Counted from the stretch's first letter, positions 40,762-51,755 are shown. The stretch: 64,000 nt of DNA from Cyanobacteria bacterium P01_F01_bin.150 (GCA_039189765.1 JBCCYL010000012.1:1-64000), one strand, 5' to 3'. The notes: generated by a model not told the origin, from the letters alone. Translations and numbers: made by a program.

Positions 40762-41598
40762 CTAAAATGGGTCATACGAAAAATCATCCCCTGGCATTAG
40801 CCTAACTTGCATCCATGGTCGCCATGCCTCAATGTTGCCACCCTTTCTATCCAAATTCTCAATCTGCCAGCGATCGCCATGAATACCCTTTTCAACATTC
40901 GCCCCAAGCTGCTTTACAAAAGGTGCAATTTCTTCTTCTGAGCAATCAACCAGAAAATCATTCAGCCAATCTATGTTAAATGGCCTAGCCTTCGATCCTG
41001 ATTCCCCGCCAATAATGGCCCAATGAATAGCACTGGTTCCGATGACAGGAGCTAGGTTAACGGCCTCCAACAATGGTTCCATGCTTAAAAACCGAGTTCT
41101 AGCAGGAATGCTGATCATTTTGGGAATAACATTGTTCGCTTCAGCCTGAGTGCAAATTGAATGACCAAACCATACATTACGAGGAAATCTTCTACGCCAT
41201 GAATCAGGAACCATATCAAGCAGCTCTGAAGATTTCATAGTATTCAATCTCTTGGTCAGCAATTGCCAATCTAAATTAGAGCATCGCTCAATCAATGACC
41301 ACAGATCATCACGCCACTCTTGAGGGACTTCAGTATCAAACACATCACATAAGCTTGCACAGAACACTTTACGCCTAACGCCTTCACGCTTTGCCTTATT
41401 GTTCCACGTGACAGGCTTCTTCCAGTTAGCCTCACTAGTTCTATGTCGTGGTTTGCCTTTTCCCCAGTCAATGCCCATAAACCTAGAAGGTGTCGCTCCT
41501 TCTGCATAGCAATGGGCACATCCAGGACTTATCTTGGTGCAACCAATCCATGGGTTGAATGTGTGGTCTGTCCACTGTATCTTCGTTGTTTCTGCCAT
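40762..41598 (-). CDS. Phage Gp37/Gp68 (DUF5131) protein
   Basis: TKIQWTDHTFNPWIGCTKISPGCAHCYA, LLTKR, SMEPLL, GGESG. Confidence 0.92.
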   Translation of the reverse strand: MAETTKIQWTDHTFNPWIGCTKISPGCAHCYAEGATPSRFMGIDWGKGKPRHRTSEANWKKPVTWNNKAKREGVRRKVFCASLCDVFDTEVPQEWRDDLWSLIERCSNLDWQLLTKRLNTMKSSELLDMVPDSWRRRFPRNVWFGHSICTQAEANNVIPKMISIPARTRFLSMEPLLEAVNLAPVIGTSAIHWAIIGGESGSKARPFNIDWLNDFLVDCSEEEIAPFVKQLGANVEKGIHGDRWQIENLDRKGGNIEAWRPWMQVRLMPGDDFSYDPF

Positions 41599-41620
41599 AA
41601 TTAATCCTAGATTTAGTACT

Positions 41621-41655
41621 AACCCCGTAAGCAAATAACGCTTATGGGGTTTTAT
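41621..41655. terminator. Hairpin with T-tract
   Basis: AACCCCGTAAGC...GCTTATGGGGTT followed by TTA. Confidence 0.5.
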
Positions 41656-41676
41656 TAATCAACTCAAATCTATGCC

Positions 41677-42666
41677 CTAAGCGGCTTTTACTAATTTGCT
41701 ACTTATATTAGTGGCCTTATACTGCTTTTTGCGCGGCTTTAGCTTTCGACGCTGGTGAACAAGTTCAATATCGAGATAGTAAAGATTGCATTCTGGACGA
41801 AATGTTTTGTTTGAACAAGAAAATCGTCTTTTGCAATAATCAACCATTTCAGAATCGAATTCGTTTTGATATTCACGAATACACTCTTTCCAGTCAACTG
41901 AGCCTTCACCAGTATCTTTGGCAATCTGCACCTTGATCGTGTTCGCTAACCGTCGGGCAATCGTTGAACGATGACGCCCCAGAGATTCTCCAATGCGTGA
42001 TTGGGAAGCGCCAAAAGAATGAAAGCTTGGCTTGACGAAAAGGTAACGCTTTGATCTGAAATAAGCCTGTTCAGCGAGTGCCCCCATGTAGGGGTAACCC
42101 ATCCCACCAGGAGTAGGGTTGCCACAAAACTCACTGCTACCTATTAGATCAGCATAATCTCTTGTCATGCAGGATTCCTGTTGAAAGATTTGCTCAACAG
42201 TTACCATGCTCGCCTTCTCTTGCTTCCTAAGGCTCTTCCTTCTTAGCCAAATTGTTGTATTCTGACATCGCTCTGCCGATGCTTGAGTTGCTTTGCTCAA
42301 TATGATGGGCAACTCATAAGCAAACAAGCGAAACATTGGGGGTAGGTCGTCAATCCCTAAATGATCACGCAACTTGCGGTCCGATCGATACCGCACAACA
42401 GCAACACCGCCGGACACGCTCACTTTATAGAAGCAACCCCGCTTTAGAGCCAGTGACAAGTTCTTGCGAACTGTACTAGCTGCACATCCCAAACTATCCG
42501 CTGCATGCTCCAACGAAAAAGTGGCCCAACCTGAGCCACTCCCATCAAGCATCCGAGCAAAATAATAAACCCCAGCAACACAGCCCAGCGTATCCACCAA
42601 TATCGAACTGGCGATCGCGCTGCTATTTGGGCTTAGTGTCGTCGGGGTCGGGGTCGGGTTCTTCAT
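41677..42666 (-). CDS. Basic two-HTH protein, possible plasmid-type Rep
   Basis: SLEHAADSLGCAASTVRKNL and SQSRIGESLGRHRSTIARRL. Confidence 0.45.
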   Translation of the reverse strand: MKNPTPTPTTLSPNSSAIASSILVDTLGCVAGVYYFARMLDGSGSGWATFSLEHAADSLGCAASTVRKNLSLALKRGCFYKVSVSGGVAVVRYRSDRKLRDHLGIDDLPPMFRLFAYELPIILSKATQASAERCQNTTIWLRRKSLRKQEKASMVTVEQIFQQESCMTRDYADLIGSSEFCGNPTPGGMGYPYMGALAEQAYFRSKRYLFVKPSFHSFGASQSRIGESLGRHRSTIARRLANTIKVQIAKDTGEGSVDWKECIREYQNEFDSEMVDYCKRRFSCSNKTFRPECNLYYLDIELVHQRRKLKPRKKQYKATNISSKLVKAA

Positions 42667-42886
42667 TTAGCAGTCGCTTTATAGCGTCTTCCGCCGAGAT
42701 TCCTTTTAGCCGTGCATAAGAGTCTATTTGCTCACTAATCTCTTGTCGATGAAGCTCCACCCAATCAGTCACAGCTCTGTTAATGGCGGCTGATTTTGAT
42801 TGTCCGTGCAGAGCTGCCCACAACATCAGAAAAGTGTCGTCATATTCACTAAACGGGCTTATCTGGAATCTAGGCTTTGCCATCAA
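42623..42886 (-). CDS. Ribbon-helix-helix-like regulator
   Basis: PRFQIS...LWAALHGQSKSAAINRAV. Confidence 0.6.
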   Translation of the reverse strand: MMAKPRFQISPFSEYDDTFLMLWAALHGQSKSAAINRAVTDWVELHRQEISEQIDSYARLKGISAEDAIKRLLNEEPDPDPDDTKPK

Positions 42887-43077
42887 CTTCTCTCCAACGA
42901 CTGATCAATTATCACATGCAGCAATAATTCCCAGCCACGAACGCACTATGAATGCAATTTGTATCGCTTTTAGATCGATATTGGATCGAAATCAATATGT
43001 TTATGTTAGCATATTGATATGGCACGTGCCACGGCACATAAACATAAGTTCCCGTAGTACATGCCAAGTGATGATGA

Positions 43078-45101
43078 TTGATATTCGATGTAAACCTAAT
43101 GACAGAGAGAGTGGAAGCTAAATTTGATGACACGCCACGGTATGGCCCCGATCAGGTGCGATGGGTGCTGTCACGTGTGAGGGGTAAAACACTGTCCGAC
43201 AGAACCTGGATGCGGTACCTGAAATATGGCCGAGTTTCTAGGGATGAGGATAAGATGTATGGCCCAAGTGAGCTAGTGCATTTGATGGATTTAGCAATAC
43301 ATCTCTTGCATGGCGGGACTTACGGCGAATTTGAAGAGATTAAATTTGGGGGCGGGCCAAAACCAGTTAACCCCGCTCAAGTAGATGTTCAATATGAGGT
43401 GATTTGAAGATGGCGATTAATAAAGGATTCGGTGAAGGCAACAGCGCAACAAAGCAATCTAAGACGGAGCCTAAAAGCACTTCAAAGGCTAGCTCTGAAA
43501 AGGTTTCAGCATCTGCTTTTGACATCGTTAACCAAGGTTCTCAGTCAGCCCAGATGATTGAGGGGTTGCTGCAAAATAACGGTGCAGCACTGAATGAAAG
43601 TGTTGATCGATTGGCGGATCAACGAGAGCAAGAAATAGGGATGAATATGGCCATGAGATTGCATCCTGACGTACAGGCGGCAAGGGCTTTGGGCTACGCG
43701 GTAAATTTTCTCAGCAATTGCGATCGCAGTCCCGTAGATCTTTCGCGTTTGGGGCAGTCGCAGGCGTTGCAACCTGTACAGCCCTTGCAGCTTGCATCTT
43801 TGCAGCACTTGTACGAGGCGAGAGCGTCTCACGGGAAAGCCCAGCAGATCCAGGGCAGCAGCGAACAGAAGTAGAAGCAATCGCACCCGTAAAAAGGTGT
43901 GAGGCAAATAGGCATTCTGTAAATTACAGGTATCAGCTTTTGTCTTGTCGGCAGCTTGAAAAAAATAATTCCGATTTCTGGGATTCTGGGCAAAAATGAA
44001 CGATGCATTGGGGGTTCCAGCCTTTTTCGATGCAGTGATGCAGTGGAAATGCAGTGAATTAAGGAGGTGATTTTGTGGTGAATCGACGCTCAATAAACGT
44101 ATTTTTAGGCGGTGTAGTTGGATGCGCGATCGCCAGTTTTGGGTACTTAGTTTGGTATATGGCAGATGATGGTGAGTTGTCTGCTCGGGGCACAAGAGAC
44201 ATGATTATTTGCATGGTCAGTGTTGGTGGGGGCGCAACGGTTGGATCTCTGATTGGCCATATAGGCACTGGGAAAAAGCTCAGCACAGAAGAAGTGGTTC
44301 GTTATTGGCTTCAACAAAATCAGACTATCTTGTCTCTCAGTCCTGAAGCGATGGCAGAGATTAAGGAGGTTGTCGATGCTTAAGGTATTAGGACTTTTTC
44401 GGCATTGGCCAATCCTTCTTTTGGCCTCGCTGCTTATTGGCTCAGCCATAAATGGGCGCAAGACTGAACAACCAACTGTTGTTAGCCCAGAGATTGATGA
44501 AAGGCTGTTGGACTACGTGGCTGAATCTGGTGAGCGTGGCAAGCAGATTGAGGAGCGCTTAAGTACAATCGAGCAAGCTGCATTGCCTACAGTCCAGCAA
44601 CAGCAAGCCGACCAAAAAGAAATTATGACAACTCTCAATGAGTTCCGTGATTTTGATAAGCACGCCTGGGGAGTTTTTGATGCCATGATCTTGGCTAAGT
44701 CCTGGGAGATGTTTGACGAAGCTGACCGCTTAGCTCGTGAGAATCATCATTCTATTGAATGGGAGATTGCAGCAAAAGCGACTAGTGTAAAGGACCAGTT
44801 ATTCGCTCTATCTAATCCTCAGCAGGGCTTGATATCAATGGCGGATGGTCCGCAAAGAGACCAGTTTAGCGATGTAGTTACAGATGCCTTGGCTCTATCT
44901 GCATTGATGGGGCAATTGATGGCTGACTCTAGCCCTAACCGAACTGAGGTTAATTCAAAAGCATTGGTTAGCGCATCTGAGTCCCTCAGTTCAGCTTTGT
45001 ATAGTACTGCTTATCGCAATATTCCACTAAGGACAGTAGGACTTCCCCAAGTTAAGCCGTTTGAAGAGCAACAGGACGAGGTGCAGAATGCCTCAAACTG
45101 A
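43078..45101 (+). other. Operon start: small HTH-like gene (43078-43407), hypothetical gene (43404-43874), membrane proteins (44075-44383, 44370-45101)
   Basis: Overlapping co-directional ORFs with hydrophobic N-termini. Confidence 0.55.
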
Positions 45102-46338
45102 AGCGAAAGTCCCTAACCCCCATTTAGCGTTGGCCTCTTTAGTTTGTAGTGCATCTGCTGCGTTGATAGGGTGGAATTCATTGGGCACCAGTTTAAACGG
45201 AATCCTTCAAGCGTCTACGTTTGCTGTCCCTCTTCATTATGTTGGAGTTGGCATTCGAAAAAAAAATCAGCTTACATGGTCTGACCATAAGGCGATCGCT
45301 CCTATGATTTGGTCTGCCCTAGTCGATGGAGCTAAAGCTGAACAGCAGTCAACAATTGCTCCGATGATTAAGGAAATGAGGGCTATTCCTGGCGTGGATC
45401 GCATAAACATCCCGTCTTTGGACTTATCTCCATTACTTAATCATTCGACAATTGTCACGGCTCCTACAGGGACAGGAAAGAGCTTTTTTATGAGTTTGTT
45501 GTTAACCGAATGGATTAAAGCAAATCCCGGATGTCCATTAAAGATTTGCACGATTGATACATTCAAACGTAATCAGACTTGGATGGGAATAGGGTTGCAG
45601 CTTTCATGGATTCAGCGAATGTACATTACTCTTGGCTATAAATACAGGGACCATGCTAAAGATTTTTCTACGGCTATTCACTTAGAGACAGTAGACGAGG
45701 TTTCTAGGCTTTATAACCTTATGCAATCTCGTTCGGAGGAAAGGGCACAAGTTGGCCCAAATGGAGAGATGGACTTAACCCCATCTCTTGTAGTCATTGA
45801 TGAACTTCCCGAATTTTTAGGGTTTCTCAATGACAAAGAAAAATTTCCGGAAGGCCCGGAAATTAGGCGTCAATTAAAAATGCTTCTAACCCGTGGTCAA
45901 GGCTGGAATTGCTTAGTTTATGGCATAGCTCAGGATGATGCAGTTGGAATGCTTGGCTTTTCTCAAGCGGAAAAGAAGCAGGTCATGTTATGCAATCTGT
46001 ATAACGAGACTGTTTCTGGCAACGGCGATCGCGCTGCACTTATTAACAGCATTAAAGGTCGTCGGTTCCTTTTGGAGCATGGGGGCAAGGGTGTAGTCAT
46101 GCCCATTCCGCATTTGGACAAAGAACCCGAAATTGACTTTTCACACTTGACAAAGGACGGCAGCTTTTACGCATGGATAGAAGAACTTAAGCCATTGATT
46201 GTCAAGTTCAAAGAGCAAGGGGCATCAATTACTGAGGTTTGGCGTGAGTTAACTAGTCGTGCTGATTTTCCTGGTAAAAAACGTAATGGAACGGACAACC
46301 CCCATTACGCGTATTTCACTGATCAAATCTGGAGATAA
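45088..46338 (+). CDS. FtsK/HerA-superfamily ATPase with N-terminal membrane anchor
   Basis: APTGTGKS, VVIDE, RG...IAQ; two N-terminal hydrophobic segments. Confidence 0.8.
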   Translation: MPQTEAKVPNPHLALASLVCSASAALIGWNSLGTSLNGILQASTFAVPLHYVGVGIRKKNQLTWSDHKAIAPMIWSALVDGAKAEQQSTIAPMIKEMRAIPGVDRINIPSLDLSPLLNHSTIVTAPTGTGKSFFMSLLLTEWIKANPGCPLKICTIDTFKRNQTWMGIGLQLSWIQRMYITLGYKYRDHAKDFSTAIHLETVDEVSRLYNLMQSRSEERAQVGPNGEMDLTPSLVVIDELPEFLGFLNDKEKFPEGPEIRRQLKMLLTRGQGWNCLVYGIAQDDAVGMLGFSQAEKKQVMLCNLYNETVSGNGDRAALINSIKGRRFLLEHGGKGVVMPIPHLDKEPEIDFSHLTKDGSFYAWIEELKPLIVKFKEQGASITEVWRELTSRADFPGKKRNGTDNPHYAYFTDQIWR

Positions 46339-46341
46339 GTT

Positions 46342-46917
46342 ATGAAGTTGGATAAATTTTGCGTGATTTTTGTGGGCGGAGCTTTACTGCTCGGAATTAT
46401 CACCCCCGCTGATTTTACTGAAACACTGAAGGGTATGCTTTGGACTGGGTTCCAAGCAGCGGGGGTGATTGATAAGCAGGTCGAGAGCAGCAATGAAGAA
46501 GTTAAGGAGCGCGATCGCCCATGGAACCAGAAGGTCAAGGTCAACATCAACGAATAGAGCCTAAAACGCCTTGGTTTGTTGATCTGGAAAATACTTTGTT
46601 CTTCCTGATTGGGTTAGCGTGCTTTGTTGTCGGCTGCGACCTGATAGGCGTTAACCCAATCCATTTTATGGGGGATAAGTTAGGAGATTCGTTTGAGTTG
46701 GTGCATGGATGGGTAAAAGATTACGGAGAGGACTCAAGTGATTAGCTTTACCACATTGTTTTGGCGATTACTTTTACTGACCACGATCACGGGGTTTTGT
46801 GGCAAAGACCCGATTACATTTTTTGTCCACATGCCTGAAGATTTCATGGATGGGTTTAACGATCATCCCGCTGAGCTTCGGTATCGTCCCGGTTGGCAGA
46901 ATTGGGGACAGTTCTAA
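46342..46917 (+). other. Three consecutive small membrane proteins (46342-46557, about 46521-46745, 46738-46917)
   Basis: Each has one hydrophobic helix followed by Gx(2-3)PxxF. Confidence 0.5.
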
Positions 46918-48263
46918 TGGAATGGGTAACGATTGATGTTCCGAATGATGTAGAAACAGGACTGACCACTAGAGAAAAGGGTGGTGGATGGGTCTGGGGT
47001 AAAGCAGGATCTCCGGAAGATCGGCAAACTGCACAGAGCAAAAAGCTTACTGAAGAGCAACGACTTCGTGATTTGGCTGAAGCCATGGGTGGGGTAGCAG
47101 CCGCAAAAGTGCAGGACGCAAAATCGGCTGCTGCTCAAAGAGCGATTAGTTTTGCGGCTGCTCCGGTGCGAAGTGTCTGGGAGGCGCATAAGCAAAATTT
47201 GCAACTCACTTGCATGGTTCTCGGGGTGATTGCTATTCATGGTTCGGTTAGCTGGATGCGCCCTGCATTGAATACTGCATTTTCAGTTGCTACGTTTGAC
47301 CCAATGGGTAGGCTTATAGATGAATTTAAGCCTGTTAGCTTTTCCAGCCAAGATACCACCCCACTGAAGAAAGGTGATCGCGTTGGTGAATTCATTGTGA
47401 CCAGTGGATTTGGCCATAGAAATGCACCTACCGCAGGAGCGTCAACATTTCATCGTGGAGTTGACCTGAATACTCCTACAGACACTCCTGTTTATGCCCC
47501 AAAAGCAGGGAATGTAGACTGTCAATACGAAGCTGAAGGTTATGGCCATTACATTAATGCGCAGTGGGGAATGATTGGCCATTTAAGCGAATGTTACGGA
47601 GGATTCAAGCAGCAGGGAGACTTGATAGGATTGACGGGCGCAACGGGGATAGGAACTGGCCCCCATGCTGACATTCGAGAGGGAGCACATCCTAATTTCA
47701 TAAACCCTACGAGGGGCTTTGTAGAGGCAGTGATGGGCATCCAATCTCAAAAAGGGGTAAATCTCACCAGTCATACAATCTCAGCCACCGCCAACACCAA
47801 AGCGTTTCTTGATGTGATCGCATGGGCCGAGGGTTCGGACTACGATACGTTAGTTGGCGGTGGGAAGATCCACGATCTGTCTCATCATCCAAATCAGCGA
47901 GTCTGGATCAACACGATTAACGATTACTCCACAGCCGCAGGCAGGTATCAGTTCATCGATACGACGTGGAATCAATATTCCAGGGATTTAGGTTTACGCG
48001 ATTTTTCTCCAGCGTCTCAAGACAAAGCAGCGATCGCCGTTCTTGCCAACAATGATGTCCCAGGGATGCTGGAGCGCGGAGCTATAGAGCAAGCTTTCTG
48101 TGCAGTGGGCAATGTATGGGCGTCGTTGCCGTGCAATAGCTATGGTCAACCTCAAGAAAACAGTGATGAGCTAGTCCAGAAATATTATGAGTTCGGTGGT
48201 GGGAGCCTGCACCCTCCTCGATCGCGCACGTTGGATTTATTGAATAGAGGAGAAAGGATTTAA
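46917..48263 (+). CDS. Membrane-anchored M23 peptidase fused to a lambda-type (GH104) muramidase
   Basis: TSGFG.R, HRGVD, TGPH; AFLDVIAWAEG, STAAGRYQF, FSPASQD, WASLP. Confidence 0.9.
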   Translation: MEWVTIDVPNDVETGLTTREKGGGWVWGKAGSPEDRQTAQSKKLTEEQRLRDLAEAMGGVAAAKVQDAKSAAAQRAISFAAAPVRSVWEAHKQNLQLTCMVLGVIAIHGSVSWMRPALNTAFSVATFDPMGRLIDEFKPVSFSSQDTTPLKKGDRVGEFIVTSGFGHRNAPTAGASTFHRGVDLNTPTDTPVYAPKAGNVDCQYEAEGYGHYINAQWGMIGHLSECYGGFKQQGDLIGLTGATGIGTGPHADIREGAHPNFINPTRGFVEAVMGIQSQKGVNLTSHTISATANTKAFLDVIAWAEGSDYDTLVGGGKIHDLSHHPNQRVWINTINDYSTAAGRYQFIDTTWNQYSRDLGLRDFSPASQDKAAIAVLANNDVPGMLERGAIEQAFCAVGNVWASLPCNSYGQPQENSDELVQKYYEFGGGSLHPPRSRTLDLLNRGERI

Positions 48264-48624
48264 TGGCATGGGCAAACGATTCGATTAAGCTGCCAGCAGC
48301 ACAACGTATATTTCCGAAGTTTCAGATAGAGCCACACAAGATAGACGGGAATGCCGCATTCTACACTGCTGAAGTGAATGGGCAGATGATGCAGTCTACG
48401 GCGTTAACGGTTTTGTGTGAGCGGATAGTAAAAGTATTGATGGGGGCAGAGGATGAGAATTAGTTTTTGCATCAGTTGCATAGGAATTCCGTTGTTTCAA
48501 CCATTGACTCCATGGGGTAGATTACGGTTTGGCGTTAAGTGGAGGCCAGGGCATTTTTGCAAAGCTTCTCCGAAACCGTATATTTTCTTTTTTGATTCGT
48601 GGATTAAGTATAGAGGCAAAGTCC

Positions 48625-49125
48625 GTGAGCAGCGGTAAAGTGCATGACTTCGCAGGTAAGGCAACGGTAGGCGCAACACTTCCCATTGCAGTGGTTTATC
48701 TCCCCGTGGACCTAGCGATCTGCTACGGCCTGTTTAGCATATTAGGCTTTACTCACCTTGGTCCAGACCTGGACAGCAATAACTTTAGGGCCAACACCAT
48801 CCGCCGATGGGGAAGGGCAAAATGGCTGTGGTATCCGTTCAATCGGTTAGTCAGCCCTCATCGTGGCCCTACTCACGTTCCGCTGTTGGGAGCCGCTTTG
48901 GTTTTGTTTTGGCTACTGTTATTGACTGGGGCAGTTGGGCTGATTGCCGTGATGAATGGATGGGTGAGCTTGCCTAGTTTTGAGGTTCGGTGGCTGTGGT
49001 ATTTGTTTGTGGCGTTTGTAGCGGTGGCTATTCAGCATGTGGTGCACTTGGCCTTTGATGGCTACCGCTTGTGCCAAGTAGCAGTTGGAGTAGGGGGTGC
49101 GGTTGTATTAGGGATGATTTTGTAG
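48625..49125 (+). CDS. DUF2227-family metal-binding membrane protein
   Basis: SGKVHD, GPDLD, RWG..W.P, HRG.TH. Confidence 0.8.
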   Translation: MSSGKVHDFAGKATVGATLPIAVVYLPVDLAICYGLFSILGFTHLGPDLDSNNFRANTIRRWGRAKWLWYPFNRLVSPHRGPTHVPLLGAALVLFWLLLLTGAVGLIAVMNGWVSLPSFEVRWLWYLFVAFVAVAIQHVVHLAFDGYRLCQVAVGVGGAVVLGMIL

Positions 49126-49549
49126 GGGGATGTGATAGATAAAAAGTAACTGGGCAGTATTTCATGGTGCGATCAAAATATCCGGCCACACCAGCAGAGA
49201 GGTGGCCAACATGCATGCTTCAAGGCACCCCAGGTCCGCATTTTGTAAAGTGAAGAGAGTAGGAGGGGAAAGGTGAGTTTTGAAACTATTTATGCATTAG
49301 CAAAGAGTCGCGGACTCAAGTTCTGTTCTTTTCGCGAGTTAGAAGATGACTTTATTTGGGTTTCGTTTGCATGGCCTGGTGGAATGAGACTTGTAAACGG
49401 AGATAATTGGCCAATTCCAGATTATCAGATAAAGAAAAGCGAATTGCTTGATTTAATGAAGCCAATGGCAGGGAGGTGGAGAGATACCGCTTTTGCAAAA
49501 AAGCTAACAGAAAAAGGGTATGCTGTTCAGCCATGGGAGATCAAGCCGA

Positions 49550-50359
49550 TCAAAGATCCTCCTCAAACAAACTCCGCTCCGCCTTCCGCCTCCTAGCAAG
49601 CCCCGGCACTAACTCCAGTTTGCCATCGCCATCTTGATCGCCTTTATTCCATAACTCAAACGCCGCAGCCGCCTCACGGTAGTTGCGGTTATTTATTTCT
49701 CTGAGCACAGTTGAGTCACCGAAGCCACCCGCCCCAATGTTGTAGCAAAGCAACACACAGGCGCTAAACATATTGCTGCCAATGGGGTAATGTAAGCGGG
49801 ACCATACAGCAGACTCGAAAAACTCCAGGTCTTTAGCCAGCAATTTGTTCGCGTCAGCTTCGCTGATTGTCTTGCCGTTGCGAACATCCGCACGGGTGAC
49901 GCTCTTTGTGTGGCCCCATCCAATAGTGGGATGACCAGTGGGGCAGATGTAGGCTGCAAATGGCTTATTAGGGAGGCCGTTACCTTCGAATTCTTTCAAT
50001 ATGGCGATCGCTTTTTCGTTAGTGCGCTGCCTGGGCACATAATGGCCATCCATGATCAGCTTGCCCAGCGCTGCCCCCGTTTGCGGACCAAATACGCCAT
50101 CGGGTTTAACCGAGTAGTTAATACTCAACTTAGTTTGCAGTGCGATCATCTTTGCCCCTGTAGCTGGCAATCGTTGCACCCATTCGCTTGGGAGCTTGCC
50201 GTTAGCGAATACTTCCCCCATGGCTCGGCCTGTTTGGCCCCCAAAAAGCCCATCCTCGGCTAAAGGGTGGGCAGGGAGAACCTTATTTAATGAGGATTGG
50301 AGCTGATGAGCAAGCTTTGGTGTAGCTAGGGACGTTATCAGATGGTCTGCTGCAAGCAT
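49550..50359 (-). CDS. GH24 lysozyme (endolysin) with N-terminal peptidoglycan-binding repeats
   Basis: DGLFGGQT/DGVFGPQT; KEFEG, TIGWGHT, YNIG, GLARRRKAE. Confidence 0.92.
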   Translation of the reverse strand: MLAADHLITSLATPKLAHQLQSSLNKVLPAHPLAEDGLFGGQTGRAMGEVFANGKLPSEWVQRLPATGAKMIALQTKLSINYSVKPDGVFGPQTGAALGKLIMDGHYVPRQRTNEKAIAILKEFEGNGLPNKPFAAYICPTGHPTIGWGHTKSVTRADVRNGKTISEADANKLLAKDLEFFESAVWSRLHYPIGSNMFSACVLLCYNIGAGGFGDSTVLREINNRNYREAAAAFELWNKGDQDGDGKLELVPGLARRRKAERSLFEEDL

Positions 50360-50441
50360 AATTCATCTGCGCTAGAAGTTCAAGTGAATTATTCCCAGGA
50401 ACAGTATTGATGTAGTATTTGACACTTTACTCTACTCTGCA

Positions 50442-51719
50442 ATGATCGTCACTTTAGCCTGTCTAATTTTCGTGCTCTTTCAAAGTGTCATCACGCTAAT
50501 TACTCAGAAATCCAACGCTGAGAATTATGCAGCTAGGCAATATTCAATGGCTCGGTTAGACGAATTGACAGGGCTAGGAAATAGGCGAGCTTTTACGGAG
50601 GCATGCTCAGAGTGGGTGAATAGGGATGACTTTATTGTGGTCAGAATAGATTGCAATGGACTGAAACGCGCCAATGATGTTTATGGGCATGAATTTGGTG
50701 ATCGAATCATTAAAGAGACCGCTCAGAATATTAGTAGGATTTGTCGCACTGGCCAAGCATTCCGTACCGGGGGGGATGAGTTTACGATTTTCTGGGACGC
50801 GGATATCGAGATTAATTCCTTGGCCCAGAAGTTTTCTTACTCCCTGAATGTTTTTGTTGAGGATATGGATTACAAAATTTCTTGTGCAATCGGATTAGCT
50901 CACAAGCATTTATTCGTATCACTCCACGAAGCTGTTTGTGTTGCAGATGAAGAGATGTATCGATCCAAAATAAACAGTCTAGACTGGAGTGTGTGTGATG
51001 ACTTTGACATGAGTCTTTATCGCATTGCACAAGGGCTCAAAACTGAATTTGGCAGCACTCGTCACTTAGAGCTTCATTATCAACCGATAATACATTTAAC
51101 ATCTGGTCAGATTACATCCTATGAGGCGTTGATCCGTTGGAATCGAGACAGCGGATTTGTTGAACCGACTAACATATTGGCTGCGGTAAAAAAGTATCAT
51201 TTATCTGTTGATTTTGCACTGTGGACGCTTCGGCAAGCCCAACAACAATGGGACACTTGGGGACGCCCTCCTATCACAATTGCCGTCAATCTCTCTGGGT
51301 CTTGGTTGTTAAAGCCAGCAGTATTTAATGCAGTGGCCCGTAGTCAGGGATTGACTATTGAAATAACAGAGGATGAGGCTATCGAAGACCCTAAGATCCT
51401 CGATAAAATAGATGAATTGCGCACACTCGGGATAAAAATATCCATTGATGATTTTGGGGCGCGTTGGTCAGCGATTGCTCAGCTAAGCAGGCTCAGTGAG
51501 AGTTGCGATCGGGTGAAGATTGACAAGGCGCTGCTCAAGGATATTCGGTTATTTGAGGGGGCGCACGGCCTGATAGATTCGCTGAATCTGCCGACAGTGG
51601 CTGAGGGTATAGAAACTCAAGACATGTTGATCGCAATTAGGGACGCTGGTGGGCAATTTGGGCAGGGTTACCTGTTGGGCAGGCCGATGAAGGGTAGTGA
51701 TATTGGGATGGGGGAATAG
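50442..51719 (+). CDS. GGDEF-EAL diguanylate cyclase/phosphodiesterase
   Basis: DELTGLGNRR, NDVYGHEFGD, GGDEF; YQPI, EAL, EITE, DDFG, AEGIE, QGY. Confidence 0.93.
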   Translation: MIVTLACLIFVLFQSVITLITQKSNAENYAARQYSMARLDELTGLGNRRAFTEACSEWVNRDDFIVVRIDCNGLKRANDVYGHEFGDRIIKETAQNISRICRTGQAFRTGGDEFTIFWDADIEINSLAQKFSYSLNVFVEDMDYKISCAIGLAHKHLFVSLHEAVCVADEEMYRSKINSLDWSVCDDFDMSLYRIAQGLKTEFGSTRHLELHYQPIIHLTSGQITSYEALIRWNRDSGFVEPTNILAAVKKYHLSVDFALWTLRQAQQQWDTWGRPPITIAVNLSGSWLLKPAVFNAVARSQGLTIEITEDEAIEDPKILDKIDELRTLGIKISIDDFGARWSAIAQLSRLSESCDRVKIDKALLKDIRLFEGAHGLIDSLNLPTVAEGIETQDMLIAIRDAGGQFGQGYLLGRPMKGSDIGMGE

Positions 51720-51755
51720 TCGGGTTAGGGTGCCATTGCGCATACAGGAGGCACA

